Below are positions 33,336 through 41,444 of a stretch of 64,000 nt of DNA, piece after piece. The position numbers were made by a program, and so were the translations under genes. Below the pieces are notes generated by a model. That model had not been told where the DNA came from and searched no databases. It worked only from the letters and a program-made list of their open reading frames with translations. This DNA is from an uncultured Myxococcales bacterium. Its GTDB lineage: Bacteria > Myxococcota_A > Polyangia > Fen-1088. The stretch is from the NCBI GenBank assembly GCA_964589215.1, contig CAZPUH010000492.1, positions 10,221 through 74,220 of the forward strand, read 5' to 3'. Within the stretch, counting starts at the first letter, position 1, and every line of letters starts with the position of its first letter.

Positions 33336-33679
33336 CACAAGTCCTCGGCGCCAACGGCGTCCCGGGCCTTGCGCTCCTGGATCACTCGCTGCTTTCGCGC
33401 CTGCTCGGCGTCTCCGGTCACGTGGATCGGCATCGGGATCACGGCCACGCTCATCACCACCAGGCCGCGCGGCAGCTCCCAATCTGGTCCGCGCACGATG
33501 TGGGAGACGCGGAGCATCACCTCGTCACCGGTATAGCACTGCTCGACGGGGTCCCACTCCTGCAGGAGCAGGCGGTGACCGTCCATGAACCCCCGGTCGT
33601 CCCGGCGGATTTCGCAGCGCTTGTCACCGCGCTTGACCGCCCGGAAAGCCCCTGGGTGCGCCTTCAGGCGGTGGGTCAC
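33335..33679 (-). CDS. DUF3850 (ASCH-like) protein
   Basis: VTHRLKAHPGAFRAVKRGDKRCEIRRDDRGFMDGHRLLLQEW matches the DUF3850 pattern. GTGA overlap start. Confidence 0.65.
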   Translation of the reverse strand: MTHRLKAHPGAFRAVKRGDKRCEIRRDDRGFMDGHRLLLQEWDPVEQCYTGDEVMLRVSHIVRGPDWELPRGLVVMSVAVIPMPIHVTGDAEQARKQRVIQERKARDAVGAEDL

Positions 33680-33900
33680 CGGCGAGCGGTCTGACGCTGA
33701 TGCGGGGGACAGTTCACCGTCTTCCCGTTGCCCGCGCACCTCCGACACAGCCTCCGCCCGCAGAGCTCGCCCGCTTTTCTTCCGCTGAGCGGGTACCTGC
33801 AGGTCGTGGTTGCCGGGTTCTGGCATCCGGGTTCACTGCATGATGCCTCACTTGCTCGAGGCGGGCAAAAGAAGATCGACGCCTGGTCAGCCTTGTTCAT
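33676..33900 (-). CDS. Cys-rich small protein
   Basis: 74 aa from ATG 33900, with multiple Cys pairs. Confidence 0.45.
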   Translation of the reverse strand: MNKADQASIFFCPPRASEASCSEPGCQNPATTTCRYPLSGRKAGELCGRRLCRRCAGNGKTVNCPPHQRQTARR

Positions 33901-34183
33901 GTTGCGGCCCCTCCTGCTGTCGCTTCGCACTCAACGCCTGCTGGGCGAGCGACGCGACATACCGCTTCGCCGCCTGGTCCCAGTAGAGCGCCATCGACTG
34001 AATGAACGCGTCGCGCCTCTGGCCCATTTGCAGCGACCGAACCGCCATCGCGCAGGCGGCCGCGTCGAATTCCAGCGCCGCCAACGCCTGGGCCTGCGGA
34101 TCTGCGTTCCAACTGGCGGCGCGCGCGGCCGCCCCCGGCAGCTCCTGGCCTTCCCCCTGTGATCCGTCGTCGTCTAAAAACAT
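33887..34183 (-). CDS. hypothetical protein
   Basis: 98 aa. A TAGGAT hexamer lies 8 nt upstream of the ATG. Confidence 0.55.
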   Translation of the reverse strand: MFLDDDGSQGEGQELPGAAARAASWNADPQAQALAALEFDAAACAMAVRSLQMGQRRDAFIQSMALYWDQAAKRYVASLAQQALSAKRQQEGPQHEQG

Positions 34184-34203
34184 CGGTGACTATCCTACAC
34201 CGC

Positions 34204-34659
34204 TCACCCGCGGCGCCGAATGAACGTCATGATCTCCTCGGCGCGCTGGCCGAAGGCGGCTCGAACGGCCATGACGGAATCATCCGCGGTGCGTGGCACA
34301 GGTCGAGTAGCGACCTTCCGGTTGGCGTCTTTGACGTACGGGTCCTCCCGAATCACGAAGACGATCCGCGCCCGCCGGTCGTAGCGCATGTGTTCCGGTC
34401 CGACCATGGACCGCAGACGATCTGGATCGTCGTCGCCTGCCCGCCTGTCCCGAACCTTCTCGGGGATGAATCTCCATCCCGCAAAGATCGCCGCCGCGGC
34501 CGCCGCCGCCCGCGCCTCCGGCGGCATGTCGAGCCAGCCCACGAGCTCCGGCGCGTCGACATCAAATGGACCCACTGAGGTGCGGCGCCGCATCTCCTCC
34601 AACTTGCGGGCCCTGGCAGCCGCGTCGGTCTCGACAGGCTCAGGCAGGGGTTTCGGCAT
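34204..34659 (-). CDS. hypothetical protein
   Basis: 151-aa track ORF. Confidence 0.55.
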   Translation of the reverse strand: MPKPLPEPVETDAAARARKLEEMRRRTSVGPFDVDAPELVGWLDMPPEARAAAAAAAIFAGWRFIPEKVRDRRAGDDDPDRLRSMVGPEHMRYDRRARIVFVIREDPYVKDANRKVATRPVPRTADDSVMAVRAAFGQRAEEIMTFIRRRG

Positions 34660-35038
34660 CTGACGCTGGCGCCTCCATCACCTCGACGTGATCGGCCGGC
34701 CACCACGCGCGCCCCTCTCGATCGATGATCACTTTCTTACCGTGCCGCTTGAAGAACCTGCTGGTGGCGCATTTGCACGGCTCGACGCCCTGAGCTTCTC
34801 CGGCTAGGCGCAGCCCCACGATCCCCTTGCCCCGGCAGGTGCCGCACTTCGGCCGGGCGAAAGGCGTGATGTCGGACGCCGTGACGATCCGGCCCCGTTC
34901 GACATGCAGGTTGCGGCTAGGATCAAGCGCGGCCGCTTCCTTCTCGGCGCGGCGAGTTCGGCGAGCGGTGACCTTGGCGCGTGCGCGGGCGCTGCGGGCC
35001 GCTTTCTTCGCGAGCTTTCGTTTCGAGGGCTTGCTCAT
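34640..35038 (-). CDS. hypothetical basic protein
   Basis: 132 aa, MSKPSKRKLAKKAARSARARAK... ATGA overlap. Confidence 0.55.
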   Translation of the reverse strand: MSKPSKRKLAKKAARSARARAKVTARRTRRAEKEAAALDPSRNLHVERGRIVTASDITPFARPKCGTCRGKGIVGLRLAGEAQGVEPCKCATSRFFKRHGKKVIIDREGRAWWPADHVEVMEAPASDAETPA

Positions 35039-35310
35039 CGTCCCTGGTCCCAGGTTTTGGTCGCCGGATTCCAACGTCGACCGCACCGTCGTGCGTTGCG
35101 CAGAACGATGTCGGCGATCTCACCCAGCAGCACACCACCCGGTTCATCCCAGCGTATGCGGACCATGTCGATGGCCTGCTGGCTCCGCTCGTCGAAGATC
35201 GGCCGGGCCGCTCGGTTCAATTTCACCAGCAGGGCCAGCAGCTTCTGGGTGTCCGTGAAGAAGTCCTGATCCTCGCGATGGCTTGTCGCGACCGTGATGG
35301 GATTCGGCAT
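35035..35310 (-). CDS. hypothetical protein
   Basis: 91 aa from ATG 35310 (MPNPITVATSHRE...). The class I motif ends 8 nt upstream. Confidence 0.6.
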   Translation of the reverse strand: MPNPITVATSHREDQDFFTDTQKLLALLVKLNRAARPIFDERSQQAIDMVRIRWDEPGGVLLGEIADIVLRNARRCGRRWNPATKTWDQGR

Positions 35311-35317
35311 GCCCGCT

Positions 35318-35328
35318 GATACTACGCG
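35318..35328 (-). promoter_or_regulatory. class I promoter-like motif CGCGTAGTATC
   Basis: Exact 11-mer. TAGTAT ends 8 nt before ATG 35310. Confidence 0.6.
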
Positions 35329-35348
35329 CGCCACGTCGTTCCCGGATT

Positions 35349-35897
35349 TCAGGTCACGTGTTCGAGCTCTTCCAACGTGCGCCCCGGCGGGAGCTTGCCC
35401 GGGTTTTGGCGCATGTAGGCGAGTTCGTCGTCGGTCAAGCTGTCCCAGCCACGCTTCGTCAGGGTTTCGACCTGAATGGGCGCAAAGTTGCCTTCGATCT
35501 GGGCGACCAGACGTTCGAACTGGGCCGTGTCCGCGTGCTTTCCCTTGGCGATGAGCGACCGTATCGTTCGGTGCAGGCGCGACAACTGTCGGGCCTTCAG
35601 AAATAGGCGCTCCGACGAATACTCCTCCTCGAGCTGCTTTCGGGCTCGAGCCATGTAGTCGTCGATGGTCCGGAGCGGAATCTCCCCGTAGCCCATCTCC
35701 TTGAGCGCCTCTTGGATCTGTGCACGGGCAGCGCCCGACACCACGGACGCGTAGACGGCGTTGCTGATTTGCATCCGCTCGGCCTCGGTCCCTTTCGTTC
35801 CCCAGGGGAGGCCGGTCTTGCCGATGCCGCTACGTTTTGCTGCCGCTTTGGCTTGTCGCGTCTTTGCTGCTACGACCACGGCGACCGATGCTACCAC
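35349..35897 (-). CDS. hypothetical protein (helical, possibly DNA-binding)
   Basis: 182-aa track ORF with an uncertain start. A small-terminase-like role is only a guess. Confidence 0.5.
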   Translation of the reverse strand: MVASVAVVVAAKTRQAKAAAKRSGIGKTGLPWGTKGTEAERMQISNAVYASVVSGAARAQIQEALKEMGYGEIPLRTIDDYMARARKQLEEEYSSERLFLKARQLSRLHRTIRSLIAKGKHADTAQFERLVAQIEGNFAPIQVETLTKRGWDSLTDDELAYMRQNPGKLPPGRTLEELEHVT

Positions 35898-35913
35898 CGA
35901 CGGCCGACGCTGC

Positions 35914-36225
35914 TCAAACCGGCGTCAGTCTCGATCGCACCCTGGCCACCGTGTGGCGCAGAACTGGGTCGTACCCGAAATGCTCGGTGATGACCGCAAT
36001 CAGGGCATCCATCGCGTCCTTTTGGCCAGCCACGAACCCGTCGTGATATCCCTGGCGCCGCCCGTTCTCAAATGCCGCCGCGACGTCCCCTGCGATGGGA
36101 TGGGGCGCGGTCACGGGATCGCGCGTCGTTACCGGGACCGGTAGCCGGGGGGCGTCGGTCTCCGTCGGCGCGGCGAACCACTCGGGGGACGCATCTTCGT
36201 CGTCGTCTGGTGGCAGACCGGGCAC
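35914..36225 (-). CDS. hypothetical protein
   Basis: 103 aa, GTG start. Confidence 0.5.
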   Translation of the reverse strand: MPGLPPDDDEDASPEWFAAPTETDAPRLPVPVTTRDPVTAPHPIAGDVAAAFENGRRQGYHDGFVAGQKDAMDALIAVITEHFGYDPVLRHTVARVRSRLTPV

Positions 36226-36336
36226 GTGCCCAGCGTACGCTCGCCGGCGCCGCCCGTCAGCGGGCCAGGCGCGCGCGCCCCATCTCGTCCCATCGAGCGC
36301 GCTCCTTCCAGCGCTTCCAGGCGAGGCGCAGCCAGG

Positions 36337-36534
36337 TCATGGGCGGACCCATCTTCGACATCGCTTGCAGCGTCGCCAGCAATCCCGGTAACACGCCTCG
36401 TTGCCACAGAAGGGCTCGCCGGGGATGTGCCCGCGATACCAGCAGGTCAGTGACAGAGCCGAAAGGCGAACGATCGCAGACGCCACGAGCGCCAACCAGG
36501 AATAGAGAACGACACGAACCGCGCACCAGATCAC
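36337..36534 (-). CDS. small membrane protein with Cys-rich tail
   Basis: 65 aa from GTG 36534 (GTGA overlap): VIWCAVRVVLYSWLALVASAIV... Confidence 0.45.
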   Translation of the reverse strand: MIWCAVRVVLYSWLALVASAIVRLSALSLTCWYRGHIPGEPFCGNEACYRDCWRRCKRCRRWVRP

Positions 36535-36752
36535 GGGCGGGCTCCATATACCGATGCCCGCCAGATCAGTCGAGCGCACCGAGCCACAAGCGGATCAATC
36601 GTCCTGTCGGGATGCCCTTCGCACCTGCCGAGTACCCGAGCGGCCCTAGGATGCGTAATGCGCTTGGCCGCTGGCTCGCGAAGGTCGAAAAGAAAGGCGC
36701 CGCAACCGTCATTCACGCAATCCCAGTATCGGCTTCCGTTGCGCTGGCGCAT
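36531..36752 (-). CDS. hypothetical small protein
   Basis: 73 aa from ATG 36752, with lower GC3 than its neighbours. Confidence 0.35.
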   Translation of the reverse strand: MRQRNGSRYWDCVNDGCGAFLFDLREPAAKRITHPRAARVLGRCEGHPDRTIDPLVARCARLIWRASVYGARP

Positions 36753-36768
36753 CCGATGCCGTCCCTGG

Positions 36769-37785
36769 TCAGCCCCCACGCTTCACCTCCCCTTCGCCGA
36801 GCAGCTCGACGGCAGCGGCGTCCATGGCGGCGTCAAGCCCGTAAGGCACGTAGGGTTCGACGTGGCGCCTGACGCAGGCGATGGCTTCGCGGGCGACGGC
36901 GTTGGCGAGGACGACCGCGTCGTCGGTCGTGACGAATCCGGCTGGCTCCCGCGTCGGCTCCTTCATCCACGCGTCCACGATTTGTTCCAGCTTCCCCGGC
37001 TTGGGGGCGGGCGGCGCTGGCTTGAGGCGATAGCGGGCCACCGACCAGCCGTCGCGCACGACGTGCCACGAACACGCAACGTCGCCGCTCCGGGGCATCC
37101 ACTCACCCCACGAGGACCAGTTGCCATCCTTGAGCCGCGAGGAAATTTCCACCGTGCGGCCCTTGCGATGAACCGCACACGCCTCCGCGAACGTCAGCTC
37201 TCCCGGCTCTCGTACGGGCGCCGCGGGGGCGGCGTGCATCTTCGCCAAGCAGTCAGGGCACGTGACGTCGTCTCGATCGTCCGTCCACGAACAGCGATTG
37301 GACGCCGACCACTTAACCCCGCACGGAGCGGTGGCACTCGGCGGCGGCCCCTCGGGGCAATACAACTCCAGGCCGGGAATGAAGTGGACCGGCTCGGGCG
37401 GCGGCTCTCTTACTGGGGCGGCGGCAAGCGCGCACTCCACGGAGCACAGCGTTGCGTCCGGGTTGGCCTGGGGATTAAACGCCTTGCCGCACTGACTGCA
37501 CGTCCGCATCCAAACGACATTCGCCTTCGCGGGCTCTCTTACTGGGGAGGCGGCGGGGGCGGGACCGACGTAGACCGCACCGCCAATATCGTCGGCGAAC
37601 CATTCCCTTTCCCGGTCCGCAGGGTCCTTCTCGCAGTGGACAATCACCATGTCTCGCCGGCTTCGCCGCAGGACCGTGAACTGCTCCCCGTCGGCCAATC
37701 GCCACACGTGACCAGGTTCAAACTGCGTCGGTCGCGCCCCTTCTACGGGAGCGGCTGGGGTGGGGCGGTTCGGGTGGTCGGTCAT
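36769..37785 (-). CDS. hypothetical multi-zinc-ribbon protein with AAPVREP linkers
   Basis: 338 aa from ATG 37785, with a class I motif 7 nt upstream. A(A/S)PVREP occurs three times. Confidence 0.6.
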   Translation of the reverse strand: MTDHPNRPTPAAPVEGARPTQFEPGHVWRLADGEQFTVLRRSRRDMVIVHCEKDPADREREWFADDIGGAVYVGPAPAASPVREPAKANVVWMRTCSQCGKAFNPQANPDATLCSVECALAAAPVREPPPEPVHFIPGLELYCPEGPPPSATAPCGVKWSASNRCSWTDDRDDVTCPDCLAKMHAAPAAPVREPGELTFAEACAVHRKGRTVEISSRLKDGNWSSWGEWMPRSGDVACSWHVVRDGWSVARYRLKPAPPAPKPGKLEQIVDAWMKEPTREPAGFVTTDDAVVLANAVAREAIACVRRHVEPYVPYGLDAAMDAAAVELLGEGEVKRGG

Positions 37786-38336
37786 GCCTCCGATACTACG
37801 CGGCGCCCGCGCCAGGATACCCTCTCGGCGGCAGCACGTTCCTCCCAGCCAGCGCGCTCCTCCGGCGACAGTGCATCCCAGGCGGCCCGCGCCCGGTTCG
37901 CGAGCCGCATCCTGACCATGTTCTGGCCGGTCCAATCGAGCTCCACGTACCACCAGCTCTTGCCTCCCTCCCGGCCGTCGATCCCCTTGTGGATTTGCTC
38001 GCACAGGCAGGCACCAACGTCGCCCACGTCGTAGCGCTTTCGGTCCGACAGGTGGGCGAACTCCCGTCGCCCGCGGCATCGCCGGTGTTCAATCCCCAGG
38101 AGCCGCTGCAGGTCGGCGTCCAGCTTCATCTCGCATCCGCGCGCGTGGCAGAACGCCATGAACCCCGCCTCCCGCGGGCGGCGTTCGTGCTTCGTTTTCT
38201 TTTCGCGAACGGGCTTGGGGTGGGCGAAGTCAGCCGTCAGTGCGGCCGACTTCTTCAGTTGGCGCCGCTGAACGCCCCACTCCTTTCGCCGGAGCGGCTT
38301 CGGCTCCTTCTTCCGTCGCTCCGGCTTCTGGATCAC
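37782..38336 (-). CDS. hypothetical Cys/His-rich basic protein (NinG/DUF968-like?)
   Basis: 184 aa with FMAFCHARGC...C.GRREFAHL. The family call is tentative. Confidence 0.5.
   Translation of the reverse strand: MIQKPERRKKEPKPLRRKEWGVQRRQLKKSAALTADFAHPKPVREKKTKHERRPREAGFMAFCHARGCEMKLDADLQRLLGIEHRRCRGRREFAHLSDRKRYDVGDVGACLCEQIHKGIDGREGGKSWWYVELDWTGQNMVRMRLANRARAAWDALSPEERAGWEERAAAERVSWRGRRVVSEA
37792..37802 (-). promoter_or_regulatory. class I promoter-like motif CGCGTAGTATC
   Basis: Exact 11-mer inside the 3' end of 37782..38336 (coding RRVVSEA). TAGTAT ends 7 nt before ATG 37785. Confidence 0.6.
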
Positions 38337-39142
38337 AGGATTAGACTGCCAAGTTGGAAGCCGGCCGCTTGGGCGTGCCCCCCTCCTCCGTACTTCTTTG
38401 CGATCGCCGAGACGTCGACATCGCCACGCGACCGCAATCCGTAACTGATAAGACCATCAGCGCGCCGCCACCAGCCGATCGAAATCGGGGCCGCCATGGC
38501 CAAATGCTCGAGCAGTTCAGAGATGTCGACCTGGGGCGCGTTGACAACCAGTGCCTGGTGCCCCTCAAACTCCGTGCGGTACGCGTTCTTCGCCACCTCC
38601 CGCACGTACTGCCCCGTCTTCGACTCGACCACTGCGCCGAGCCGGGTGGCAGTGTCGATGTCTCCGTCTCTGGCCTCGACGTCCCAGACGGTGAAGTCGA
38701 ACGCGAGCACGGACAGGTAAGCGTTCACCGATCGACTGTCCGGAAGCCGGTAGCGCCACAGGTCGCGGTCCTCTACGTAATCGACCATCCACGGCCGGCT
38801 GCGCCCGGGGAAGAAAAAGTCCCAGGCCATGCCAGCGCCGCTGCGGTTCATGTCGAACGTCGCGTACGGCGCACCGCGCAGCGCCTCCTCGGCCGTCTTG
38901 TGATGATCGATCACGGTCAGAGAGTTCGCTTCCTCGGCCATCCGATCCATCGTCGACCGCGGATAGCTGAAGTCGAGCACGTAGACCTCGCGGCCAGCTA
39001 CATCTGGCGGCGTCTGGCCGTGGGCGGCCGGGTAGAACTCCGCCTCGGCCAGCGCGCGCCGCGCCACCCATGCGGCGCAAAATCCGTCGCGGCACTGTCC
39101 GTGGTAGATGACCAGCGGGATCGGATTCGTCTGTTCGGTCAT
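38333..39142 (-). CDS. DHH-family phosphoesterase
   Basis: YHGQCRDGFCAAW, VLDFS, VIDHHKT (DHH), GGGHAQAAGF (DHHA1 GGGH). AGGAGGAG SD. Confidence 0.75.
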   Translation of the reverse strand: MTEQTNPIPLVIYHGQCRDGFCAAWVARRALAEAEFYPAAHGQTPPDVAGREVYVLDFSYPRSTMDRMAEEANSLTVIDHHKTAEEALRGAPYATFDMNRSGAGMAWDFFFPGRSRPWMVDYVEDRDLWRYRLPDSRSVNAYLSVLAFDFTVWDVEARDGDIDTATRLGAVVESKTGQYVREVAKNAYRTEFEGHQALVVNAPQVDISELLEHLAMAAPISIGWWRRADGLISYGLRSRGDVDVSAIAKKYGGGGHAQAAGFQLGSLIL

Positions 39143-39157
39143 GATCTTCTTCTCCTC

Positions 39158-39358
39158 CTAGTTCCAGATGTTGTGGCGCGCTCCGAACCAGATCGCGAGC
39201 GCGCCTGGAACCGACAGCAGAAGCGAGAACACAGCCGCCTTTGCCAGGCGCTGCCACTTTTCCTGTTCCCAGCCGGCCCTGCGCCAAGTGAACCAGTCGA
39301 GCCCGGCAACGATGACGAACCAGATCGTGATGTTGATGACCAGCACCTGGAGCAGCAC
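39158..39358 (-). CDS. small two-TM membrane protein
   Basis: 66 aa, VLVINITIWFVIVAGLDWF...AAVFSLLLSVPGALAIWF. Confidence 0.55.
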   Translation of the reverse strand: MLLQVLVINITIWFVIVAGLDWFTWRRAGWEQEKWQRLAKAAVFSLLLSVPGALAIWFGARHNIWN

Positions 39359-39361
39359 GGC

Positions 39362-39598
39362 CTACTCCTCCCCTCGAACGATGCGCCCGATCTTTACCTG
39401 CCAGGGCTCGACCGGCGGCATCGGCAGATCATCCTCGAGCACACGCTGCAGTTGCTGCCAGCGGACTCCCATGCCTTCCGGCGGCGTGAATTGCGCCGAC
39501 TCGGTGATGGCGGCGAGCCTGTGACGCATTTCCTCGTGCTTGCCGGCCGGAATCTCGGCCACAATTCGTTCGATAACCTTGCTGATGTCGCGTCCCAT
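39362..39598 (-). CDS. hypothetical protein
   Basis: 78 aa. The class I motif ends 6 nt upstream. Confidence 0.6.
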   Translation of the reverse strand: MGRDISKVIERIVAEIPAGKHEEMRHRLAAITESAQFTPPEGMGVRWQQLQRVLEDDLPMPPVEPWQVKIGRIVRGEE

Positions 39599-39603
39599 GG
39601 TCG

Positions 39604-39614
39604 GATACTACGCG
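39604..39614 (-). promoter_or_regulatory. class I promoter-like motif CGCGTAGTATC
   Basis: Exact 11-mer. TAGTAT ends 6 nt before ATG 39598. Confidence 0.6.
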
Positions 39615-39621
39615 GGCGCCA

Positions 39622-41208
39622 TCAGCGTTCGACGACGACCTTTACGTCCGGCTGGGCGCTGTAGGCGTTGTCCTCGACGAAGAACAGCCCCAGCGTGGCC
39701 ATCTCCTTCATCGCCTCCCACACACGCGGGTTCGCGGTCTTGTGACCCAGACGGGTGAGCTCCTTGAACACGTCGCCTGCCTTCCGTGGCTCTTTGAACC
39801 AGCCGCGCATGTACAGCGCCGCGATCTTGGCCTTCAGCGACCCGTCCTCGAAGCTGACCTCGCGACGTTCCTCGCGCACGTGTAGCTCTGGCTTGGTCGT
39901 GACGAGTTTGATCAATGTCGGCGCCTCCTTCATCAAGCGGGCGCGAACTTCGCGGTAGATTGCGTCCATATCGACGTTGCCCGCTGGCGCGTCAACGCGC
40001 GCGGTGGGCGGCGTGCTGACCGTTCCCTGGCGTTCGAGAATCTGCTCCATCCCGTCTAGCAGCCGGTCGAGCTTGTCTTCCTGTTCCTGCGTCATGTCGT
40101 CGTCCTTTGGTTCTGACCGCCGGAGCTCCGGCAGCTGTTCGGTTTGTTCCGTGGCGAGCATCGGGCGCGGGTCGAGATCTTCGAATCGTCCGGCGGCGGG
40201 CAGGCTCCGGCCGTAGTCGCCGCGGCTCGCGCCGTCGGCATCGCCACGCCCCAGCGCGATCTCTCGCGCCACATGCGCGTCCAACCAAGACGGCCGCACG
40301 TAGACCAGCCGCGCGCCGGCGGACGTGCATGCGAAGAACTGGCCCCGGCGAAGGCCGGCAACATCGTCCGGTTTCGGTTTCCGCACGCCGCCCGGGATCT
40401 GTTCGATCGCCCGCTTGACCTCGTTGCGCTCGCGCTGCGCGCCCAGCAGCCATACGGTCGCCGAGCGGAGCAAGGTCTTATCCACGCCGGCGATGTCCTG
40501 CGAATCAAACCAGACGAAGTTGCGCAGGTTGGCGCCCTTGCGCACCAGCGCCTCGGCGGCCGCCCGGACCGGCGTGCTCCTGCCCTGTGGCACAAATTCC
40601 CACGCCTCCGGGATCACCGTGATCACCCCGCTCTCCTTCTCGTAAATCTGCTCCAGCACGGTCCGGATGATCAGCGACTGAACCTCGGTCGAATACTTCT
40701 CCAGATCCATCACCCGCAGCCCCACCGCGCCCTTGAAATCGAACTGCTGTCGCGTCGGCAGTTTCGACAGCTGCGGAAGCACCCGATCCAGATACTCGCC
40801 CAGCAGCATGAAAATGTCGGCGTCCATCGAGCGCCGGGATCGGTCCTGCAGCTCCCGCGCGTTGCGCCGCACGTCAGCCAACGTCTTGGCGTTCTTCGCC
40901 GCCTTGATCAGCCAGGCGCGTTCGAACTTCATGCGCTGCCGCTGGGATGCCTCGAGCAGCGCCTCGACGAACGGCCAGTCAGCCTGGTCCTTGAAGTACG
41001 GCAGCACGCGGCGCGCGCTGGCGAACGACGCCTCACCGCGCTTGGTGACGAAGGCGATCGCCGGGGCCCCGGAGCGCTCGACCAGCGCCTCCAGCGTGGT
41101 GGTCTTTCCGGCCAGCTGGCTCTGTCCGGTGACGACCATGTGTCCGAGCGGGATCGAAACCTCCTCGCCGGTTCCAACCTCGAAGCCCAGGTGGACGCTC
41201 TTCTTCAT
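39622..41208 (-). CDS. HerA/FtsK-like P-loop ATPase with C-terminal winged-helix-like region
   Basis: Walker A GQSQLAGKTTT, Walker-B-like ITVIPEAWEF. 528 aa. Confidence 0.55.
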   Translation of the reverse strand: MKKSVHLGFEVGTGEEVSIPLGHMVVTGQSQLAGKTTTLEALVERSGAPAIAFVTKRGEASFASARRVLPYFKDQADWPFVEALLEASQRQRMKFERAWLIKAAKNAKTLADVRRNARELQDRSRRSMDADIFMLLGEYLDRVLPQLSKLPTRQQFDFKGAVGLRVMDLEKYSTEVQSLIIRTVLEQIYEKESGVITVIPEAWEFVPQGRSTPVRAAAEALVRKGANLRNFVWFDSQDIAGVDKTLLRSATVWLLGAQRERNEVKRAIEQIPGGVRKPKPDDVAGLRRGQFFACTSAGARLVYVRPSWLDAHVAREIALGRGDADGASRGDYGRSLPAAGRFEDLDPRPMLATEQTEQLPELRRSEPKDDDMTQEQEDKLDRLLDGMEQILERQGTVSTPPTARVDAPAGNVDMDAIYREVRARLMKEAPTLIKLVTTKPELHVREERREVSFEDGSLKAKIAALYMRGWFKEPRKAGDVFKELTRLGHKTANPRVWEAMKEMATLGLFFVEDNAYSAQPDVKVVVER

Positions 41209-41217
41209 CGCGAACCG

Positions 41218-41228
41218 GATACTACGCG
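41218..41228 (-). promoter_or_regulatory. class I promoter-like motif CGCGTAGTATC
   Basis: Exact 11-mer. TAGTAT ends 10 nt before ATG 41208. Confidence 0.55.
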
Positions 41229-41243
41229 CGCCCGGCTCGTGCG

Positions 41244-41444
41244 ATGCTGGAGCCCATGCGGATCATCCTGTCCCTGCTGGGCGGCCTGCTGACCATCGGC
41301 ACCGGGTGCTATGCCGGTCACGACTGCAAGCCCGGGCAGGCGTGCTGGACTAACTGCGCGACCGATCCGAACGGGCCCGGGTGTGCTGACCCCTGGCAGC
41401 CGGTCCCGATCGGCGCGCGGCCCGACGGCGGCGCCCGAGACTGA
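41244..41444 (+). CDS. small secreted/lipoprotein-like Cys-rich protein (plus strand)
   Basis: MLEPMRIILSLLGGLLTIGTGC... 66 aa with very high GC3. Convergent with dnaB. Confidence 0.5.
   Translation: MLEPMRIILSLLGGLLTIGTGCYAGHDCKPGQACWTNCATDPNGPGCADPWQPVPIGARPDGGARD

Noticed and set aside
35349-35897. Considered calling this the small terminase subunit.
   Set aside because: The only evidence is a vague helical/HTH-like N-terminal half. It is not adjacent to either TerL half, so I left it as hypothetical.
36257-36547. Track ORF 36257..36547, and a possible 27-aa ATGA-coupled ORF at 36257..36340.
   Set aside because: Most of the ORF overlaps the better membrane-protein frame 36337..36534. 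The remaining 27-aa W/R/K-rich peptide is too short to support.
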